Shown here: in pieces, positions 38,360 through 47,148 of the stretch
How the letters are laid out: each line of letters opens with the position of its first letter
Position numbering within the stretch: position 1 is the stretch's first letter
Assembly (NCBI GenBank): GCA_028282585.1
Contig: JANQHR010000119.1
Span: 1-47,148 of the forward strand
Origin: Bacteroidales bacterium
GTDB lineage: Bacteria > Bacteroidota > Bacteroidia > Bacteroidales > UBA12077
DNA: 47,148 bases
Reading direction: 5' to 3'
The notes under the pieces: model-generated
What the model was told of the DNA's origin: nothing
Databases searched by the model: none
What the model saw: the letters and a program-made list of their open reading frames with translations, nothing else
Position numbers and translations under genes: made by a program

Positions 38360-39034
38360 ATGAAATATAATTTCCTAATATATATCACTTCTCTTCTTAT
38401 TTCTTGTTTTCCTGCTATAGCTCAAGAAAATATAGAAATAAATAATTCTGATTTATTAGATAATACATTTGATATTGTGGAACAAAATCAATTTGAATCT
38501 CAGGAAGTTTCAAGTTTTATTATAACTAAACAAGTAGGAGATCAAAATGAGATTGAGATATTATCTGATCCTCAAAGTGCAATTAATCGAAATATAGTTG
38601 CTATTACGCAATTTGGCAGCCAAAATTCTACAATTTTTAATCAGAATGGCAATGATCAGAGAGTTGGTATTTTTCAAGCAGGAAATCAAAACACAGCAAA
38701 CCTATTTTATAAAGGAGACAATATTTTTAGTGTTGTTACCCAGGTAGGATTTAAAAATTATGTAAGTCATGATATTGATAATGGTTCTAATTCATCTTAT
38801 AAAAAAGTTATTAGCGAACAAATTGGAAATGAAAATACAATTATTTTACAATCCGGAATTGTTGATTACTCGCTTATTGAAATTACACAAAAGGGTAATA
38901 ATAATAATGCCGAATTGAATCTTACAAACACAGGATTGCAAACAGAGTCTTACCAAATAGAACAAACAGGTAACAATGCAGATATTGTGATAACCAAATC
39001 TGACTTTTATATGCCAATGAAATCAAATAAATAG
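38360..39034 (+). CDS. csgB: Minor curlin / nucleator (CsgB-like)
   Basis: Signal peptide from ATG 38360; repeats QVGDQN, QFGSQN, QNGNDQ, QAGNQN, QIGNEN, QKGNNN, QTGNNA. Confidence 0.7.
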   Translation: MKYNFLIYITSLLISCFPAIAQENIEINNSDLLDNTFDIVEQNQFESQEVSSFIITKQVGDQNEIEILSDPQSAINRNIVAITQFGSQNSTIFNQNGNDQRVGIFQAGNQNTANLFYKGDNIFSVVTQVGFKNYVSHDIDNGSNSSYKKVISEQIGNENTIILQSGIVDYSLIEITQKGNNNNAELNLTNTGLQTESYQIEQTGNNADIVITKSDFYMPMKSNK

Positions 39035-39050
39035 ATTTGATATTATAAAA

Positions 39051-39097
39051 ACAAAAAAGAGGCTTCTATGTTGTAAAGCAAGAGAAGCCTTTTTTGT
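39051..39097. terminator. Bidirectional terminator between convergent genes
   Basis: acaaaaaagaggcttct ... agaagccttttttgt. Confidence 0.75.
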
Positions 39098-39111
39098 CTT
39101 ATAATCTTTTA

Positions 39112-41532
39112 TCACTCATATCGTAAGCTGTTTACAGGATTTTTCCGAGCTGCGCTAAATGCCATATAAATTATAGTTGCAAGCGCTATAAACAGGGCTA
39201 AACCTCCCGAAAAAATAAATATCCAAACTCCAATATTAGTTTTATATGCAAAATTCTTTAACCAATTATTCATTAAGAAATAAGCTACTGGCCAGGCAAT
39301 AATATTTGCAAAAACAACCCATTTTGTAAAATCGTAACTTAAAATCAAAATGATATTGGACACTGAAGCTCCCAATGCCTTTCTTATACCAATTTCTTTT
39401 GTTCGCTGTATAGCCATATAAGATGCAAGTCCTAATAATCCTATACAAGCTATAATAATTGCAAGAATAGAAAAAACGCTAAACATTTTCATTGAATTTT
39501 GCTCCATAGTATATAAGCGTTTTAATCGTGTATCTAAAAAATAATAAGAGAATAATGACTCGTTACTAAATTCGTTCCATTTCTTTTCAATTTCTTTTAT
39601 TGTTTCGTTAAAATCTCCACTCTTAAATTTTACATTTAAAAGTACACCTCCTCCTTCAAAACCTTCGTTATTAAAAATTATAAATGATTGTATGGCTTGA
39701 TGCAGCGAGTTATAATGATAATCGTTTACTACTCCAACAATAGTGTAATCCGAAAAAGGTACATCATTATTTACCCTAAAACGGAAACGAGCACCAACCG
39801 GATCCTTAAAATCAAACTCTTTTACAAAAGCTTCATTTACAATAACATTTAATGAATCCTTAAACTCTTCAGAAAAATCCCTGCCCTTAACTAATTTCAT
39901 GCTCATTGTGTTGATAAAATGATCATCAACCATTAATCCACGTGTTGTTAATATATCTGATTCTCCTTCTTTTTGAAGCATAGCTCCAAAATAATAACCG
40001 CCTTGCACATCTGAACCTGATACGGACGCACTATGAACGTTGGTTAATTTTTTAACCTCTTCGACAAAAACAGGCATATTTTCCTGTAAAGAGAACAGTC
40101 GATCAATAACTACAACTTTTTCTTTTTCAAAGCCAAGATCCTTTTTCAATATAAATTTTAACTGGCTGTTAACTAATAAAGTAAACGCAATTAATCCAAT
40201 GGATATAGTAAATTGGAAAACAACTAAAATATACCTTAGTACTCTTCCTCTTTTAGAAGAACCAAATTTTCCTTTCAAAACCTCAACCGGTTTGTAAGAT
40301 GATAGAAAAAAAGATGGATAAATTCCCGCTATAACTCCAACTAAAATACTTAGTAACAACAATGTTGGTATAACATTTAAATTTCCAAGATAATCAACAC
40401 TCAAATTCTTATAAGCAAGATTATTAAATATTGGTAAAAACAATTCAACCATAATTAATGATATCCACAAACTAAAAAAACTAACAAATATGGATTCAAA
40501 CAAAAATTGTTGAACTAAAAATTTTCTTTCACTTCCCACTACCTTTCTAATGCCCACTTCCTTGGCTCGTTCAGTAGCTTGAGCAGTTGATAGGTTAATG
40601 AAATTTATACAAGCGATTATCAATATAAATATTGCAATCGAAATAAAAATAATGACATACCGTATATCGCCATTAGGCTTAATTTCTGCTTCTAGCTTTG
40701 AATGCAAATGAATACTTGTTAAGGGTTGAAGAAAATAATCGTACCCATTTCCTGCTTTTGTATATTCTTCATAAGTTACTCCCATGTTTTGTTCTATCTG
40801 CCCTGATGCGTAACGTTGCACCAGATCAGAGAATTTCCCTTCGACCAAAGTTGGATCTATACCCTCCTGTAATCGTATATAGGTGCAAACAGAAAAAGAA
40901 ACATAATTAATTGTTCTTATAAAATCGTTCATAAATAAAGAACCTACAAAATCAAATTCCATATGCGAATTTTCAGGAAAATCGGCACAAATTCCTGCTA
41001 CTTCTATCTCTCCAAATACCCCATTAAGTGTTTTTCCCAAAGGGTCTTCATTCCCAAAATACTTCTTAGCCATGCTTTCGGTCATAACAATTGCCATTGG
41101 ATTACTTAAAACTGTTCTGGGATCACCAATTAATAATTCAATTGAAAAGAACTCAAAAAAGTTAGTATCGGCTAAAATGAAATTATTTTCTTTAAACCTT
41201 TTATCTTCATATCTTAAAACAAATTCATTTCTTATATCCAGAATTCTGCACTGATCTTCCACTTCCGGAATATCTTCTTTAATTGTTGGTCCGTAAGAAT
41301 GAGGAATAATAGCATAACTTATCGTATTTTCGGGATATATTCTGTTTAAAGCTACACGATGTATCCGATCAGAATTTTCTACAAATCGATCATACGAAAA
41401 TTCATCGATTACATGAAGGGTAATCAGAATACAACTAGCAATACCAACTGATAAACCAATAATATTTATAAAAGTATTCAGTTTGTTTTGCCATAAATTA
41501 CGGAAAGCAATTTTAAAATAGTTTTTTAACAT
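39112..41532 (-). CDS. ABC transporter permease (duplicated MacB_PCD/FtsX)
   Basis: MLKNYFKIAFRNL, RAKEVGIRKVVG, RTKEIGIRKALGA, NPVNSLRYE; start 41532 (ORF track 41589). Confidence 0.9.
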   Translation of the reverse strand: MLKNYFKIAFRNLWQNKLNTFINIIGLSVGIASCILITLHVIDEFSYDRFVENSDRIHRVALNRIYPENTISYAIIPHSYGPTIKEDIPEVEDQCRILDIRNEFVLRYEDKRFKENNFILADTNFFEFFSIELLIGDPRTVLSNPMAIVMTESMAKKYFGNEDPLGKTLNGVFGEIEVAGICADFPENSHMEFDFVGSLFMNDFIRTINYVSFSVCTYIRLQEGIDPTLVEGKFSDLVQRYASGQIEQNMGVTYEEYTKAGNGYDYFLQPLTSIHLHSKLEAEIKPNGDIRYVIIFISIAIFILIIACINFINLSTAQATERAKEVGIRKVVGSERKFLVQQFLFESIFVSFFSLWISLIMVELFLPIFNNLAYKNLSVDYLGNLNVIPTLLLLSILVGVIAGIYPSFFLSSYKPVEVLKGKFGSSKRGRVLRYILVVFQFTISIGLIAFTLLVNSQLKFILKKDLGFEKEKVVVIDRLFSLQENMPVFVEEVKKLTNVHSASVSGSDVQGGYYFGAMLQKEGESDILTTRGLMVDDHFINTMSMKLVKGRDFSEEFKDSLNVIVNEAFVKEFDFKDPVGARFRFRVNNDVPFSDYTIVGVVNDYHYNSLHQAIQSFIIFNNEGFEGGGVLLNVKFKSGDFNETIKEIEKKWNEFSNESLFSYYFLDTRLKRLYTMEQNSMKMFSVFSILAIIIACIGLLGLASYMAIQRTKEIGIRKALGASVSNIILILSYDFTKWVVFANIIAWPVAYFLMNNWLKNFAYKTNIGVWIFIFSGGLALFIALATIIYMAFSAARKNPVNSLRYE

Positions 41533-41566
41533 GCCGAATTGATTTAAATATTCTGTAGTTACAGAA

Positions 41567-41652
41567 GCCAAAACGCATGCCAGAATCATAAGTCACTGTT
41601 ATTATGATACTTATCTGTTCTTGTTATATACAAAGTGTTGTAAAATACGACA
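41567..41652 (-). promoter_or_regulatory. Sigma54-like promoter and TGT-N11-ACA activator boxes
   Basis: TGGCATGCGTTTTGGC (minus strand, 41567-41582); boxes at 41616-41632 and 41636-41652. Confidence 0.55.
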
Positions 41653-41677
41653 TTAGATACTAAAAATGAACGCTCAT

Positions 41678-44017
41678 TTACTCATAACGTAAGCTATCTA
41701 CTGGATTTTTTCGAGAGGCTCTTATGGCAAATATTGCTATACTGAGAAAAGTTAAAACTGCTGAAATTACTCCTGCTAAAATAAATGGCCAATAGTTTAA
41801 CGAGGTTTTATATTCATATTGATTTAACCAATTTCTGATAAACCATAAAGCAATTGGGCAAGCCAATAAAAATGAAATACCAACCCATCGAGCAAATTTC
41901 ATGTACAACACACTGAAAATACTTCTATTTGTTGCACCAAGAGCTTTTCTTATTCCAATTTCTTTTATTCGTTGATTAATTACTATGGAGCTAATACCAA
42001 ATAAACCCAAACAAGAAATAAATATGGTTATACCGGAAAAGAAATAAAATAATTGAACCAATTGAGCTTCCTTGCTATACAATTTGTTAAACGAATCTTC
42101 CATAAATTGATATTCAAAAGGATAATCCGGTGCATATTTTATCCACAATTCCCGCAGTTCTTCAATTATCTTTCCGATCCTTTCCGGTTGTATTTTAACT
42201 GCCACATAACTAAAACCTCCCAGGTGTTGGCTAAGCACTAAGGGTTGAATTTCATAATCAAAATGGTCAGAATAAAAGTTATCTATAACGGCTATTACAT
42301 TGCCTTCAAATCCCCACATTTTAAATTTTAAGCCAATTGGATTATCAACCTCCATTCTTTTAACTGCTTCTTTATTTAAAATAAAATTTTGATTGTCTGT
42401 GGTTAGATCAGGATTAAAATTCCTCCCATTTATAATTGGAATTTCAAAAGTATTTAAATAATCATCATCTATTCGAGAAAAACTGAAAGCAACTTCATTT
42501 AAAGGACTACGGCCCTCCCAATCTAAAATACCTGCTGTATTGCTAATAAGAAAAGGTAGGTTAAAACACATCGATATCGAAGTTATTCCCGGTACGTTTA
42601 AAGCATCCTGCTTAAAAGCTTCTATATGATTCCTTAAGGTTTGATTCGTTTTAAAGTAAATGATATTATCTTTACTAAAACCAAGATCCTTATTCAGGAT
42701 GTATTGTAATTGCTTGGATATGAAAATGGTTGAAATTATTAAAGTTATTGAAACTATATATTGCGCTATTACGAGTATTTTTTTTGATTTTCCTGAGAAA
42801 TTGTTAAGAATGTTCTTTTGATTAAATTTCTCAATCCTTTTGGATGAAAACAAAAGTGCTGGATATATACCTGCCAGTATTTCGATAAGCAAGAAAATTA
42901 TAATAAAGAATAATATAAAAGACAAACTTGTATAGTTAAATTCCAGTTTTTTTTGAACAAGCTCATTAAAGTAAGGTCTTAATGATTCGATTAATATTGC
43001 CGAAATAATAAGCGCTATTAATATATATATTGCTGATTCAATGAGAATAGAGTATATCAAATGCTTACGCTTTGCCCCAAGTACTCTTTTAACGGATAAA
43101 TCCTTAACTTTACTTAAGGTGCTGGCAATAAATATATTCACATAATTAATACTGCTAATAAATAAAATGAGTAATCCTGTTATAAAAAAGATATATACAT
43201 ACACAATTGGTTCATTATTGCCATTAATGCGGTAAAGATGAATATTCCCAAGGGGTTCCAAAAATATTTTATAGGGCGTTTCCGGGTCATATTTTTTAAC
43301 AATATTTTCAATTCTGCTTTCTAACGCATTAAAATTCGAATTTTCTTGAATTAATATATAGGTTCTGTACATACAAGCTCCCCATGGTTTTGAAGTGCTA
43401 GGTCCTGGCCCTTCGTTAAATGGGTTGTTTGCAGCAAAATCAAACTGAAAATCAGAATTGTTTGGTGGATCTTTAATAATACCTGTTACCAGAAAATCAT
43501 ATTTCCGGTTTATTTTTAAGGATTTACCAATAGGGTTTTCATTTTTAAAGTATTTTAATGCCATTCTCTCAGTTATCACAACAGTGTAAGGATCTGAAAG
43601 AACAGATTCCGGGTTTCCTGATATAAAAGAAAAAGAAAAAATGGTAAAAAAATCCGGGTCTACGGAAGCAAACCCTGTTTCATTATATACATGATCCATA
43701 TACGAAACGGTAAACCCATCGGTCCTGAAACATGAATTGTGAGTTATTTCTTCAAAATTTTCTTTTAAAGCATTTCCAACCGGATAAGGTGTACTAATAC
43801 CCTTTTCTAAAACACCTTGTACGTTAGTTTCTATTATTACCCTATAAATGTTGTTGAAGTTTTTATGGTATTTATCAAAGGATAGTTCATCTAATATCCA
43901 TGAATAAATAAAGAAAGAACAAACAATTCCTGGGACTAACCCAACTATAATTATTAAACTAAAAAGTTTATTTCTAATTATTTTTCTTAGCGCTGTTTTT
44001 AAATGATTCTCTATCAT
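41678..44017 (-). CDS. ABC transporter permease (duplicated MacB_PCD/FtsX)
   Basis: Same architecture; RIKEIGIRKALGA, NPVDSLRYE. Confidence 0.9.
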   Translation of the reverse strand: MIENHLKTALRKIIRNKLFSLIIIVGLVPGIVCSFFIYSWILDELSFDKYHKNFNNIYRVIIETNVQGVLEKGISTPYPVGNALKENFEEITHNSCFRTDGFTVSYMDHVYNETGFASVDPDFFTIFSFSFISGNPESVLSDPYTVVITERMALKYFKNENPIGKSLKINRKYDFLVTGIIKDPPNNSDFQFDFAANNPFNEGPGPSTSKPWGACMYRTYILIQENSNFNALESRIENIVKKYDPETPYKIFLEPLGNIHLYRINGNNEPIVYVYIFFITGLLILFISSINYVNIFIASTLSKVKDLSVKRVLGAKRKHLIYSILIESAIYILIALIISAILIESLRPYFNELVQKKLEFNYTSLSFILFFIIIFLLIEILAGIYPALLFSSKRIEKFNQKNILNNFSGKSKKILVIAQYIVSITLIISTIFISKQLQYILNKDLGFSKDNIIYFKTNQTLRNHIEAFKQDALNVPGITSISMCFNLPFLISNTAGILDWEGRSPLNEVAFSFSRIDDDYLNTFEIPIINGRNFNPDLTTDNQNFILNKEAVKRMEVDNPIGLKFKMWGFEGNVIAVIDNFYSDHFDYEIQPLVLSQHLGGFSYVAVKIQPERIGKIIEELRELWIKYAPDYPFEYQFMEDSFNKLYSKEAQLVQLFYFFSGITIFISCLGLFGISSIVINQRIKEIGIRKALGATNRSIFSVLYMKFARWVGISFLLACPIALWFIRNWLNQYEYKTSLNYWPFILAGVISAVLTFLSIAIFAIRASRKNPVDSLRYE

Positions 44018-44024
44018 AACTTAA

Positions 44025-46415
44025 TTACTCGTAGCGTAAACTTTCAACTGGATTTTTGCGAGCAGCATTTAATATATACCAACTTACGGTTAATAATGAG
44101 ATAATTAGAGCTAGGCCACCTGCAATAATAAATATCCACCAGTTGATATCAGACTGATAAGCAAAGTTTTGCAACCATTTATCCAATAAATAATATGATA
44201 TCGGAATAGCTATAATTAGCGCAATAACTATTAACCGGATATAATCACTAATTAATAATCTCCAGATAGTTAAAATAGAAGCTCCATTTACTTTTCGGAT
44301 TGCAATATTTTTAGTTTGTTTTTTAGTTGTAAACATGGTTATTCCTAATAATCCAATTGCTGCAATAAAAATTGCTATAAAGGAAAATATTCCAACCAAG
44401 GTCCCTAATCTATTTTCTTTTTCATATAAAGAATCAAATTTATCATTGAGCAGTTGGGGATTAAAGTTTATATCTGGTTGAAAATCCTGTAATTTATTAT
44501 CTAACCTTTCAAAAATATTTTTGGAAACAGGAACTCGATAATTAATTACCATTTCCCGAATCATACTTTCTGATACAACTAAAATCATTGGCTGAACTTT
44601 CTCATGAACGGAATGAAATTTAAAATCCTTAACAATTCCTATTACCTCGCCATTCCAAATGTTTCTTCCAATTATTTTATCTTTTCCTAACATACTGGCT
44701 GTTGTTTCATTTGCTAAAATTTTCCAATTGGCGCTGGTTTCATAGTCTTTAAATGATTTTCCTTCTAATAATTCTATTTCGAAATTTTCAATAAAATCCT
44801 GGTCAACAAACAAAGCTTCTAATTTTATTGGTTCATCACCGTATGCTGAATCTGCTTGACTAAAGCTCATTCTACTGTTTGAGGGTGGTAACCACATAGC
44901 TCCACTTATATTTTTAACATTCGGGTCTTCCATCAATTCTGTTTTCAACGTATTATATTTTCCGTTCTGAACAATCTTACTAACACTAATAGCGACTTTA
45001 TTATCAGGATTAAAACCCAGTTCACTTCTGGTTGAGAAACTTATCTGCATCTTAATTCCAATGGCCAGCACCACTAATACTATAAAAATCACAAACTGCA
45101 TTACTATTAGCATTTTCCTGAAAGTAAATTTCCGTGAGGAGTTTTTGTTTTCTCTCTTTAATATGGAAACCGGTGATATCCTATTTAAAAAATAAACAAT
45201 GTTAATACCCGGAATAAAAATTACAAAACAGATTATAAATATAAACCCTAGTATAAATTTCAGGTTATAGGTTAAGATAATCTGCTTTTTCAATACCTGT
45301 TCAAGCGATGGCCTGAATTGCTCAATTAAAATAAAAGCTAACGGAAGTGTAATAGCTATTAAAATAATGGACTCAACAGATATTTGTTTTAGTAAATCGG
45401 AGCGTAATGCTCCGGCTATTTTTCTTGTTCCAATTTCTTTTGATCGTGTTATGATTTGAGAAATTGATAAAATAATATAGTTTATACATGCAACTAAAAG
45501 AACCAGAAAGGCAATTGCAGAAAATATATAAATAGAATTTAGATCTCCTGATTGATCACCTCCAAACATATCTTCAGAATGCAGGTAAATATCTTCCAGG
45601 TTTTGCACAAAATAGTCTCTTTGGGTCGTATCGCTTACATACTTCGCCTCAAGCTGCATTAACTTCAAATCGAAATTTAGTGCATTCTTCTTTTCTTCAA
45701 ATAGCACGTAAGTTTCTACAAAATTTTGAGACCATTTATTCCTGTAAAATTCAGTGCCTCTCTCCTCTCCATCACTCCAAATCATATTTTTATTAACCTG
45801 TTTAAGTCCAATTTCCGTGGTAGTAATAAAATCTGCCTTTATTGTGGAGGTCACTGGAATATCCTCGATTATGGCAGTAATATTTAACAAATACTCTTCA
45901 CTACCATTTATCATCTTAAATGATTTGTTTAATACATCTGTTTTGCCAAAATATTTTAAGGCTGTTGATTCGGTAATAACAACATTATGAATATCAAAAT
46001 CAAAACCGGAAAAGTCCCCGGCAATTTTATTTAAGGTAAATATTTTAAAAAAACTTTGATCGACGCATATTACGGTATTTTCTTTTAATACTGTATTACC
46101 AATTTCAACATTAATATTATTTAAAGAATATAATCTTGTAGCATCTTCTACTACAGGAAAATCTTCTATTAATGCATCTCTCATTGGAAATGGTGTATTT
46201 ATGCTTTTCCATCCATGTATAAGATCATTTTGGTTTACGCGAAAAATTCTTTCTTTCTTTTTATTGTAATCGTTATAGCTGGTTTCGGTAGTAATATAAA
46301 TTAAGATGAAAAAGGTTACTGCTAATCCAAGAGCCAAGCCTAATACTTTTATCAGGGTTATTGATTTATTTCTATAAAAGCTTCGTAATGCTATTTTTAT
46401 GTAACTTGAAATCAT
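44025..46415 (-). CDS. ABC transporter permease (duplicated MacB_PCD/FtsX)
   Basis: RSKEIGTRKIAGA, IAIRKVNGA, NPVESLRYE. Confidence 0.9.
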   Translation of the reverse strand: MISSYIKIALRSFYRNKSITLIKVLGLALGLAVTFFILIYITTETSYNDYNKKKERIFRVNQNDLIHGWKSINTPFPMRDALIEDFPVVEDATRLYSLNNINVEIGNTVLKENTVICVDQSFFKIFTLNKIAGDFSGFDFDIHNVVITESTALKYFGKTDVLNKSFKMINGSEEYLLNITAIIEDIPVTSTIKADFITTTEIGLKQVNKNMIWSDGEERGTEFYRNKWSQNFVETYVLFEEKKNALNFDLKLMQLEAKYVSDTTQRDYFVQNLEDIYLHSEDMFGGDQSGDLNSIYIFSAIAFLVLLVACINYIILSISQIITRSKEIGTRKIAGALRSDLLKQISVESIILIAITLPLAFILIEQFRPSLEQVLKKQIILTYNLKFILGFIFIICFVIFIPGINIVYFLNRISPVSILKRENKNSSRKFTFRKMLIVMQFVIFIVLVVLAIGIKMQISFSTRSELGFNPDNKVAISVSKIVQNGKYNTLKTELMEDPNVKNISGAMWLPPSNSRMSFSQADSAYGDEPIKLEALFVDQDFIENFEIELLEGKSFKDYETSANWKILANETTASMLGKDKIIGRNIWNGEVIGIVKDFKFHSVHEKVQPMILVVSESMIREMVINYRVPVSKNIFERLDNKLQDFQPDINFNPQLLNDKFDSLYEKENRLGTLVGIFSFIAIFIAAIGLLGITMFTTKKQTKNIAIRKVNGASILTIWRLLISDYIRLIVIALIIAIPISYYLLDKWLQNFAYQSDINWWIFIIAGGLALIISLLTVSWYILNAARKNPVESLRYE

Positions 46416-46441
46416 AGTTTAAATTTTGTTTAGTCATTTAT

Positions 46442-46548
46442 GCCAAACCTTGTACCAAACATATTAATCTCTTATAAACAATATATTACAACAACATGCC
46501 AAAAATACAATGTTGCTTTTTACAACAATACTGTCGGAATTATCAACA
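46442..46548 (-). promoter_or_regulatory. Sigma54-like promoter and tandem TGT-N11-ACA activator boxes
   Basis: TGGTACAAGGTTTGGC (minus strand, 46442-46457); tgttgctttttacaaca 46511-46527 and tgtcggaattatcaaca 46532-46548. Confidence 0.55.
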
Positions 46549-46596
46549 ACAATCTGTAATTTTAAATACGAAAATGATTAAATTATTACAGAACTT

Positions 46597-46779
46597 ATGA
46601 CCGAAAAGGAAATATTTATTAATAACATGAAAAAAAGAACCAAAAAATTTGCTGTCGATGTTATCCAATTTTGCAATTCTTTAAAAGAAAATTAAAAAGA
46701 ATTATCAAGACTTTTTAAAGAAGCTAATGAGATTACTAAAATAACGACTAAAGCAAAAAGTTCGTCATATGCAAAATAA
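46597..46779 (+). pseudogene. Four-helix-bundle (23S rRNA IVP / Avd-like) protein remnant with internal deletion and stop
   Basis: MTEKEIFINNMKKRTKKFAVDVIQFCNSLKEN*KELSRLFKEANEITKI..: family-like N- and C-terminal helices present, central QLLRSGTSVGANY-type core missing; TAA at 46693-46695. Confidence 0.65.
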
Positions 46780-46822
46780 ATAATCATTTATACATCTATC
46801 ATAATCATTGAAAAATAACAAA

Positions 46823-47148
46823 ATGTCAAAGAATCAAGGAAAAATATTGATTGTAGATGATAACGAAGAGCTTTTAATAGCTTTGAGGTTCTTTCTATCA
46901 AAACACTTTGCAAAAATTGATACAATTAAAAATCCAAATTTAATTCATGAGTATATTAGGAAAGAAACTTATGATATCGTTTTATTGGACATGAATTTCT
47001 CAGCAGGGGTTAATACCGGTAACGAAGGGATTTATTGGATGAAGCAAATTCTGGAAAAAGACCCAAATGCATCGGTAGTATTAATAACTGCATACGGAGA
47101 TGTTGAGCTTGCTGTAAATGCAATGAAAGAAGGTGCCATTGATAAGTC
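46823..47148 (+). CDS. Sigma54-dependent (NtrC-family) response regulator, 5' partial
   Basis: KILIVDDNEE, VLLDMNFSAGVNTGNEG, LITAYGDVELAVNAMKEGA; runs off the window. Confidence 0.85.
   Translation, partial: MSKNQGKILIVDDNEELLIALRFFLSKHFAKIDTIKNPNLIHEYIRKETYDIVLLDMNFSAGVNTGNEGIYWMKQILEKDPNASVVLITAYGDVELAVNAMKEGAIDK

Noticed and set aside
28172-45990. ORFs 28172-28423, 28268-28486, 30269-30538, 32826-33008, 37522-37758, 37821-38075, 39266-39448, 40040-40297, 40698-40910, 41072-41254, 42053-42241, 45754-45990
   Set aside because: All overlap longer, clearly identifiable genes in another frame or strand
46597-46779. Diversity-generating retroelement (Avd)
   Set aside because: No reverse transcriptase or TR/VR pair seen in the window

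Overview
AT-rich bacterial DNA. Gene families, TAnnTTTG-type promoters and lipoprotein signals point to a Bacteroidota (Bacteroidales-like) chromosome using the standard genetic code. Left to right: (1) 1-6.5 kb is a decayed integrative/accessory island: an HTH (HipB-like) gene behind phased palindromic operators, an 18-codon HipA-N remnant, a ~1500-aa protein with a C-terminal caspase-like CHAT domain, a small membrane protein and a broken tyrosine integrase. (2) A TetR-SDR-SDR-epimerase-CPBP cluster. (3) An unexplained five-gene operon at 12.4-17.0 kb: two holin-like membrane proteins, two DUF4230-like proteins (one lipoprotein, one membrane-anchored) and a peptidoglycan-binding/CHAP hydrolase, with no phage genes nearby. 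This is the best candidate for an undescribed system. (4) A butyrate/isobutyrate locus (buk, acyl-CoA dehydrogenase, icmF, a motif-degenerate second buk, thioesterase). (5) Miscellaneous genes, including a signal-peptide::LytTR chimera, a J-domain/RHH pair, putP, an M64 peptidase and two small non-coding repeat elements. (6) A complete Bacteroidota-type curli amyloid locus. (7) Three MacB/FtsX-like ABC permeases with sigma54-like promoters, facing a truncated NtrC-family regulator. No rRNA, tRNA or CRISPR array was seen. All family calls come from motif recognition by eye; no database searches were run.
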